Source: Polyangiales bacterium (GTDB taxonomy: Bacteria; Myxococcota_A; Polyangia; Polyangiales; Houyiibacteriaceae). From it: a stretch of DNA of 64,000 nucleotides. Location: assembly GCA_045106895.1 (NCBI GenBank), contig JBGCFM010000046.1, positions 32,001 through 96,000 on the forward strand. Reading direction: 5' to 3'. Shown one piece after another: positions 57,699-64,000 of the stretch. The notes beneath the pieces were generated by a model that worked only from the letters and a program-made list of their open reading frames with translations, did not search any database and was not told the DNA's origin. The stretch's first letter is position 1, and each line of letters begins with the position of its first letter. A program made the translations under genes and the position numbers.

Positions 57699-59401
57699 GG
57701 CGCTCTTCGTGAGTCCGGGCGCTCAAGGCCCACAATCTGATGCACGCCGTCCGGCCGTCGGTATAGATGAACTCGGGCTGGCATCGACTGTGTATCGTGC
57801 GTGCTCGTAAGGCCTGCCACGTCCACGATCGCGTAACGCGCTTCGCCGTCGCTGACGTCGAGGGCGGGGAAGGTCGTGCAGACCGTGGCAGGGAGCCGGC
57901 GCGTCATCGTGCCGGGGCCGTGTGCGATGAGGTTCTCGTCTTCAAGGCTCCAGCTCTGCGAATAGTACGGGCGGCTTTCGGAAGCCTGGAGACCGGCCTG
58001 CACGGCGAGGTCATCCAAGCAAACGCGGGCGCCGTCTTCACGCTCCTCGATGCGTGGTCTCGTCAGCGGGGAGAGCTTCTGGAAGTAGCGGCTTAGGATC
58101 AGCTGCCGTCGCTGCATCAGGATTCGATACAGGTTCTCAGAGGTCTCCGGGGCGGCGAAGTGAGCTTGCCGGATGATGGCGGCAATATCGCTTGGCCGCA
58201 GTTCGGCGATGATGCGCGCCATCCACGCCTTGTCGCGTTCACTGGCACGATCGAAGGCGGGGTTGGCGTATCCGGGGCGCCAGGAGTCCGGGTCGAATCT
58301 GTACGAGTCGAAGTACCCGAACGTTGGGCTCACGTCGTCGGTCCGAACCTGATTCCACGGTCGCGGGATGAGGCCGAGGGTGAGAAAGTCCTGAAAGACG
58401 TGTCCAGCATCGAAGTAAGCCGAGTGCCCAAGGCGTCGTGTAATCCCCTCGATGGGCCAGATGCTCCCGAGGGTGTCGCCGAAGTCGATGTAGAAATGTT
58501 CGACGTATCCGTTCACTCCGTCTTCGTCATGCCAGATCGCGAGTGTGTTCTGTTCTCGGGAGTCGAAGTGGTTGAGCCAGGCCGCCAGAACGTAGCCGCC
58601 TCGCAGTTCACGTCGCTCTTCGTGCGGAACGACGTCATTGGGGTCGTCGCTCTGTGTGCCTTCGTAGCGCCACGGGCCGATGGGGCGCCCGGGGAGAAAC
58701 TGACTCGAGGTGGCACGCAGTCGACCGTCTTCGAGACGCAGCGCATTTTCAAACACCGGCGCGATGTGGCCATCGTTGAGCGGAACGTCAGCGCCATCGA
58801 TTTCGATGGTCGTATCCTCGCCGATGGTCAGCACGGACTCATCGAAGAACACGACGCGGTTGCACGGAGCGTTGTAGCCCGCCGCCCAGTACAGAATACT
58901 TCCGATGACGTCCGCCGACGTCGCACGTTCCGGCTGCTCCGTGACGGTGTCGAATTTCAGGAGGTAGTTACGTCCCTCGGCGTCTTCGATGATGAAGCCA
59001 GGGTTCGCTCCGTTCGGCTTGGCGGCGCTAATGGTCCAAGGTCCTGCAGGGTCGATGGGGGCGTCGCTGCATGCGGCCCGCAGAATCTCTGCCTCCGTGA
59101 GCGTGCGTCGACCCAGGCGGTTTTGGAACCAGCTTGAGTCCGGAACTTCGTCCATTGCGTTCACGTTGATGGCCTCGCCCGGGGGATCGACGGCAAAGAA
59201 GTCTGCGACGGGCCGAAACACCATCTGGTCGGCCCCGTCCCAGGCGAACCCGGAGAAGTAGTCCGCAGGCCTTGGACTGAAAGGACGCCGATCCCCATCG
59301 ACGCGCATCGGCTCGGCGAGGGGAAAAGGGCGCAGCGAATGGGCGCAACTTGCCAACACGAGGGCAAGAAGGAAGGAGCGAATCAGGGCTCTAGAATTCA
59401 C
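57695..59401 (-). CDS. Lipoprotein with atypical (HipA/PI3-PI4K/CotH-like) kinase motifs
   Basis: GTG start and lipobox LASC; KPNGANPG..YLLKFD, D.IGS.LYWAAGYNAP, WLNHFDSREQN and YIDFGDTLG. Confidence 0.72.
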   Translation of the reverse strand: MNSRALIRSFLLALVLASCAHSLRPFPLAEPMRVDGDRRPFSPRPADYFSGFAWDGADQMVFRPVADFFAVDPPGEAINVNAMDEVPDSSWFQNRLGRRTLTEAEILRAACSDAPIDPAGPWTISAAKPNGANPGFIIEDAEGRNYLLKFDTVTEQPERATSADVIGSILYWAAGYNAPCNRVVFFDESVLTIGEDTTIEIDGADVPLNDGHIAPVFENALRLEDGRLRATSSQFLPGRPIGPWRYEGTQSDDPNDVVPHEERRELRGGYVLAAWLNHFDSREQNTLAIWHDEDGVNGYVEHFYIDFGDTLGSIWPIEGITRRLGHSAYFDAGHVFQDFLTLGLIPRPWNQVRTDDVSPTFGYFDSYRFDPDSWRPGYANPAFDRASERDKAWMARIIAELRPSDIAAIIRQAHFAAPETSENLYRILMQRRQLILSRYFQKLSPLTRPRIEEREDGARVCLDDLAVQAGLQASESRPYYSQSWSLEDENLIAHGPGTMTRRLPATVCTTFPALDVSDGEARYAIVDVAGLTSTHDTQSMPARVHLYRRPDGVHQIVGLERPDSRRAP

Positions 59402-60791
59402 GGCGGGCTCCAATGACGAGTCGGACGGAGTCGACGGTGGCGCCGGCTTCAAAGGTGTCTGTGCCAAAACCAACAAGAAACTCGAAGAAGTGGTCACGCT
59501 TGGATACAGCGGCGATACCGATGGCGGTGCTCAGCCGAAACTTGGAGAACGCGAACCCGTTGAAGCGCTCGTCGAAGACGTTGCCGACGGCGACATGCGC
59601 GACCCCATCGAGGTAGATCCAGATAGGCCAGCTGTAGCTCAAGGTGGCGCTGAGCGCGCTTGGTCCCGTCAAGAATGCGCCGAGGAAGCCGCTCATCGGA
59701 CCGTTCCCGCTGATCACCGGCAGCTCCGTGAAAGGCACTTCGCCGCGGACGGCGTTCGCGAGGCGCATGTTGAGCGCGAGGGAGACGATGTGGTTGACCC
59801 CAGATACATCCCAGAAGCCTACGACAGACAGTCCGTAGTTGACCCACATGGATTCAGCGGGGTCACGGAGGCTATAAGCGAAAGCGAAGTCCGCCGACGC
59901 CTGCACGCCCGTCGAGTTTGCGGGACGCTCGCGACGTGAGTCGAGAACGAGCTCGGCGCCGCTCAGGTGAATGGTGTATCCGTCGAGATAGCCGGCAGGC
60001 AGCGACTCCATCTCTTGCAGCACTTGCTCGGGGACGGTGGGCCCGTCGCTGACGTCTTCACCGAAGGAGCGAAAGCGGAGGTCCGTGTGGAGCCGCACTC
60101 GCCCCGCGGGACCGATTTTTCGCTCGACGTAGACCTGAGTGTCGCTCGCGAGCATGCTGTACTGACTGTCGAGGCTCCGGCGTACACGGGTTCCGGTCCC
60201 GAAATAGCGGCCGTCCGGGCGCTGAAAAAAGCGTGCCCGCACGGCGAACTCCCAGCGTGCGTCGTCCCAGGTGAAGCGGTCTGTGATGGACGCAAGGTTC
60301 CAGCCGATGCCACCGAACGCATAGTTGATGCGAAGCTCGTTATTCGGAGTGAACGCATCCTCGACGCCAAAGTAGACGCCGACGTTTGGGCGAAACCCCA
60401 GGTCAAAGGTTGCCGAGGGTGAAAGGAAGTAGCGGTTGCGCGGGCCGAAGGTGAAGAAGCGCAGCACTTTGCCAGCGATCTCTTGCTCCTCCACGCTCGT
60501 GACCACGAGTCCGAGGGGACGTCGAACAACGAACTCGGCGATGAAGTAGAGGGGGGCAAGGAGAATGCGCGGGACCCATAGGAGCGAGGTGCCAGCGCTT
60601 GCTGGAGCCTCGTCACGTCCGTCGTAGTTGGGCAGCGAACGCGGCTCCAGAGTGATGGCTTTGGGGGCCTCGGCGTCCGCGGCGGGCGCGTCACTCGGCA
60701 CCGCCGCTTCGCTCTGCGCGTGCACCGCCGCCGGCCACACCGTGGCCCACAACGCGAACACGCCGACGATTGAACTCCCGCGCCCCCTCAT
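59391..60791 (-). CDS. Omp85/BamA-TamA-like outer-membrane beta-barrel without obvious POTRA domains
   Basis: Signal peptide; amphipathic strands, LDSR..P, PFTELP..G....M.GF...F.G (loop-6-like) and C-terminal Phe (GARREF). Confidence 0.72.
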   Translation of the reverse strand: MRGRGSSIVGVFALWATVWPAAVHAQSEAAVPSDAPAADAEAPKAITLEPRSLPNYDGRDEAPASAGTSLLWVPRILLAPLYFIAEFVVRRPLGLVVTSVEEQEIAGKVLRFFTFGPRNRYFLSPSATFDLGFRPNVGVYFGVEDAFTPNNELRINYAFGGIGWNLASITDRFTWDDARWEFAVRARFFQRPDGRYFGTGTRVRRSLDSQYSMLASDTQVYVERKIGPAGRVRLHTDLRFRSFGEDVSDGPTVPEQVLQEMESLPAGYLDGYTIHLSGAELVLDSRRERPANSTGVQASADFAFAYSLRDPAESMWVNYGLSVVGFWDVSGVNHIVSLALNMRLANAVRGEVPFTELPVISGNGPMSGFLGAFLTGPSALSATLSYSWPIWIYLDGVAHVAVGNVFDERFNGFAFSKFRLSTAIGIAAVSKRDHFFEFLVGFGTDTFEAGATVDSVRLVIGARREF

Positions 60792-60846
60792 CGCGCGCTT
60801 GTAGCCCAAGCTTCGCGTAGACGCTTGTGCCCTGAGCGTCTGCATC

Positions 60847-61782
60847 CTATTTCTTGGACTCTGGCCCGGGTGTCGTGGAGCTGAGCATGATGGCGAGGAG
60901 ACCCGTCGCCACGGTTCGAATCATCTCCAGCGCAAGTTCCGTGTGGTCCTCGCACACGTCGAGGAGAACTTCCGAAGAGAGGCGAAGGCCAACGAGCGGG
61001 GTCTCCGCGGTAGCGGTGTACCAGCGGGGGCGACCACTGAAGGGCCCGAGGAAACCGACCACGTCGCCTGGCCCAAAGCGAGCTTCGACACCGCTGAGCG
61101 CCTGCGTGCGAACGGCGCCCCAAGCGATGACGACGAAGGACTCGGCGTGTTCGCCCTCCCGCCAAAGAACATCGCCCGCCTCAAGACGGACTTCGTCGCA
61201 TTGACGAGCCAAGTCAGCGAGCGCTTCAAGACGCGACCCCGCGAACTGCATCCCGCTGCGGAGAAACGCCAGTCGTTCGATGAGGTTCATGCGAGGAGGC
61301 GGCGCTCCGTCCGGCTTCCACGTCGTCAGCTCGTACCCGCCTTCTGCTCCGATGGACTGGCGCAGGTCGAGCACCTGTCCACTCATCGCGGAAAGAACGG
61401 CGCGAATGATCTGAAAGTGTTCCTCGAAGATGTCCGTTAGGTGCTCTGTGTTCAGCACGATGAGCGTCGTGTCCTCCACAGCGACGCAGTCGTAGGGGTG
61501 GCGGGTGTTCCCGAGGGCGGCGAGGCCGCCGACGGCGTTGCCAGCCACGAAGTCGCGGACGACTTGGCCCTTCCTGCGAGTCTCCAGGCGTCCACCTGTG
61601 ATGAAGAACACCTGCGTTGGGATTTCGCCTTCTCGAAAGAGGTACTCGCCAGCCTTCGCCACGCGATCCCGGGCCGCGCTGGCGAGGCCGTCAACGTCGT
61701 CCAAGGGAAGCAGCGCGTAGCCGGGAAAACTACGTAGCGCGATGACACGGTCGATAGCGCTTGAGCCGTGGAGATCACGCAT
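60847..61782 (-). CDS. Tandem cyclic-nucleotide-binding domain protein (no HTH)
   Basis: Two copies of the pattern RV..LR...F..L...LA..AGE.L.REGE....F.I..G; 8-bp overlap with the upstream gene. Confidence 0.88.
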   Translation of the reverse strand: MRDLHGSSAIDRVIALRSFPGYALLPLDDVDGLASAARDRVAKAGEYLFREGEIPTQVFFITGGRLETRRKGQVVRDFVAGNAVGGLAALGNTRHPYDCVAVEDTTLIVLNTEHLTDIFEEHFQIIRAVLSAMSGQVLDLRQSIGAEGGYELTTWKPDGAPPPRMNLIERLAFLRSGMQFAGSRLEALADLARQCDEVRLEAGDVLWREGEHAESFVVIAWGAVRTQALSGVEARFGPGDVVGFLGPFSGRPRWYTATAETPLVGLRLSSEVLLDVCEDHTELALEMIRTVATGLLAIMLSSTTPGPESKK

Positions 61783-64000
61783 GGTTGGAATCCAGTTCTT
61801 GGAATGAAGCCAAGGAGCGCTCAGCGATATCGGCGAGGGAAACGCTGTCGCGCCCATCGGCGTGCTCTTCGGTCAGCTCTGCGTTGTGGTATTCGGCGAT
61901 GGCCTTGAGCATGCCGCTCTGGTCCCGACGGAGCTCCTCGATGACGTGCTCGTGGGAGATCGTCCGCCGGACCACGCCGAGCGTCGCTGCAGCTCGAAGG
62001 ATGCGGTCGACGGGGTCGACATCGTCGATGAGGGCCAGGATGGTGTCTCGAAACTCAAGCGGAAGCGCATGCTCCAGGAGTTCACGAGAGGCGGCTCGTC
62101 CCCGCGAGGATTCGTTGTTCAGTCCGCGCCAGTAGAGCTCATAGTCCTCGCCTGGCTTCAACATGTGCAGCAGGCGAAACACGCGCTCGAGGGCGTTGAC
62201 GCGCTTCTCTTTGAGGGAGGCGAGGAGCAGCTCGTGGCCCGTCGTGAGGAGCAAGCGAGGGGACGCCTTCGCGGAGGCTACGAGCGCAGCATGCCACTCT
62301 TCGAACTGAAGAATACGGCGGAGGTGCGTGCGAACCACGTCCTCGAGCATCTCGCGGTCAACACGAAAGCCAGGGTTGTCTGCGATGAGCCGGCCCATTC
62401 CGCGAAGTATCTTGAAGCGAACCGCGCCGTCGCGTTCCTGGAGAAAGCGCTCGCTCAGCGCGTCGAGTGCAGCCTGCGTGCGGAAGCGGAGAACGGTCCG
62501 CGGGAGATGTCGACGCACGCGTCTCGGCAAGGACTCGTCCGCCATATAAGCGGCCAGGGGCGGCAACGCATCCGGACCGAGGGCCGTGATGGCATCGCGT
62601 GCAGGAGGGCGCGTGAGTGCACGCTGAAGCAGTGGAAGGAGGCGAGGCACCGATTCTATTTGGGGAACCTGCGCGAGGGCCTGGGCCGCAGCCGCTTGCA
62701 CCTTCAAGTCGCGACTCCGCAGAAGCTCGTCGAGTACCCAGTGAAGCGCTTCGGCCCGGGCGCGGCCGATGGCCTCGGCCAAAGCGCACAAGGTCGCACC
62801 GTCGGTCGAGAGGAGAAGTCGCGAAACGCGAACACGGAGCGCCTCTTTGTCGGCTTCTGGGACTTGAAACGAGCTCACCAGCGCGGTGGTGGCGACGGCG
62901 GGGCAGGAGTCGTCGAGGAACCCATCGAGGAGCGTCTTTGACCGTTGTCGTTGGTGGATCGCGTGGAGAGCGATGGCGCGGATGGGGTCCGAGGGACTGG
63001 CCAAGAGTCGGTGGGCGATGGGGAGGATGTTGATGTTCGGTGTCGTCTCGAAGAGGGAGAACGCACGCGCCACGACCTCGGGGGAGGGGTGGTAGAGCAC
63101 AAGCTGGGGAATAAGCGCGACACGCTCGTAGCGTTCGAAGAGCTCAAGGGTCACGAGCACCTCTTCGTCGCGCTCGCTATTGAGAGACGCCACCAGCGCT
63201 TCGAGGGCGCGAAGGTCGAGGGGCAAAAGGCCCACGCCGGCACTTGGTTCTACGCCGGACTGAAGTGTTCGCCGAAAGAGCTCAAGGTACGGCCGGTAGA
63301 CACTGACGAGGACCATCACCCAGATGAGCAGGAAGACCGACGTACCGGCCGCCACGATGCGGATGTCACCGCTCATGGAGAGGGCGCCGAGGATGATCAC
63401 CGACGCGAGGGCTTGGCCGCCGCGTTGACCTACGCCGTCAATGAGGCCCTTGAAGCGCTCCCGGAGACGACGTGGGACGGGCAGGTAGAGAACCTCCATC
63501 CCGGTACGTTGAAGCGAATGGCGAAGGCTCCCATCGACGCCCTTGAGGGCGACTGCCATCCACAGCACCGGCAACGCGATGACGCCGACTGCACCGAGCA
63601 GCAAGAGCACAGGCATCAGCAGGAGGGCGCGGTTGACGCCGAACTTCGAGAACACCCATGGACTGATGACCACCTGCCCGAAGAGCGCGACGAGGTTGAT
63701 GCCAAAGTAGAAGCGAGCAAAGAACTGGCTCATGGCCGCGGCGCCGTCGGGCTGCCCCGCGTACGCCGCGTCGACCATGCTCTTGAACACAAAGTCGACG
63801 CCGGTCAGCGCGAGGGTGCTGACGAGGACGATGAGCAGAAGTCTGCGCAGGTAGAAGTGTGCGCAGAGCGTGACGAGGTCTTTGACGAGGGACGTTGAGT
63901 TCTCGCCGTCCTTGTCGCCGGGGTCGTCGTGGGCCGCCGGAATGCGCCAGGCCAGGGGCACCATGGCGCCGAAGACGAGGGCTCCGCCGGCGGCGGCGAT
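61775..64000 (-). CDS. NTT/TLC translocase-HEAT repeat fusion protein, 5' partial
   Basis: TM part VDFVFK..FFARFY..LKGVDGSLRHSLQRTGMEVLYLPVP..FKGLID..R.G, followed by about 450 aa of HEAT-like helices; frame open to the window end. Confidence 0.88.
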   Translation of the reverse strand: MAAAGGALVFGAMVPLAWRIPAAHDDPGDKDGENSTSLVKDLVTLCAHFYLRRLLLIVLVSTLALTGVDFVFKSMVDAAYAGQPDGAAAMSQFFARFYFGINLVALFGQVVISPWVFSKFGVNRALLLMPVLLLLGAVGVIALPVLWMAVALKGVDGSLRHSLQRTGMEVLYLPVPRRLRERFKGLIDGVGQRGGQALASVIILGALSMSGDIRIVAAGTSVFLLIWVMVLVSVYRPYLELFRRTLQSGVEPSAGVGLLPLDLRALEALVASLNSERDEEVLVTLELFERYERVALIPQLVLYHPSPEVVARAFSLFETTPNINILPIAHRLLASPSDPIRAIALHAIHQRQRSKTLLDGFLDDSCPAVATTALVSSFQVPEADKEALRVRVSRLLLSTDGATLCALAEAIGRARAEALHWVLDELLRSRDLKVQAAAAQALAQVPQIESVPRLLPLLQRALTRPPARDAITALGPDALPPLAAYMADESLPRRVRRHLPRTVLRFRTQAALDALSERFLQERDGAVRFKILRGMGRLIADNPGFRVDREMLEDVVRTHLRRILQFEEWHAALVASAKASPRLLLTTGHELLLASLKEKRVNALERVFRLLHMLKPGEDYELYWRGLNNESSRGRAASRELLEHALPLEFRDTILALIDDVDPVDRILRAAATLGVVRRTISHEHVIEELRRDQSGMLKAIAEYHNAELTEEHADGRDSVSLADIAERSLASFQELDSNHA

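Noticed and set aside
1..64000. tRNA, rRNA, IS elements, integrases, prophage
   Set aside because: None recognised by eye, and the intergenic gaps are short. A covariance-model search would be needed to exclude small structured RNAs.

Overview
GC-rich bacterial chromosomal window, most consistent with a myxobacterium (Myxococcota, probably Polyangia/Sandaracinaceae-like). This is inferred from the many Cys-rich lipoproteins with DAG/DGG linkers, a Ser/Thr kinase, a serpin and sigma54 promoters. It holds about 60 genes. I found no rRNA, tRNA, CRISPR array, transposase or integrase. Recognisable modules are a dabAB inorganic-carbon transporter with a divergent LysR, a MacAB/Lol-type ABC exporter, a sigma54-driven AAA/CBS-hemerythrin/USP cluster with GCGCA-N5-TGCGC enhancer sites, a pair of RlaP-like nucleotidyltransferases, a class D beta-lactamase and several decayed paralogue remnants. 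The best candidate for an undescribed system is the minus-strand operon at 56.3-64 kb: NTT(TLC)-HEAT fusion, tandem cNMP-binding protein, POTRA-less Omp85-like barrel, lipoprotein with atypical-kinase motifs, and a second canonical NTT ATP/ADP translocase. It suggests ATP supply to an extracytoplasmic kinase. The next strongest observations are a eukaryote-type beta-ureidopropionase (UPB1/PYD3-like), a stand-alone ZZ-histone-like zinc finger and a VOC protein with a histone-H1-like tail. All family assignments come from motif recognition by eye; no database searches were run.
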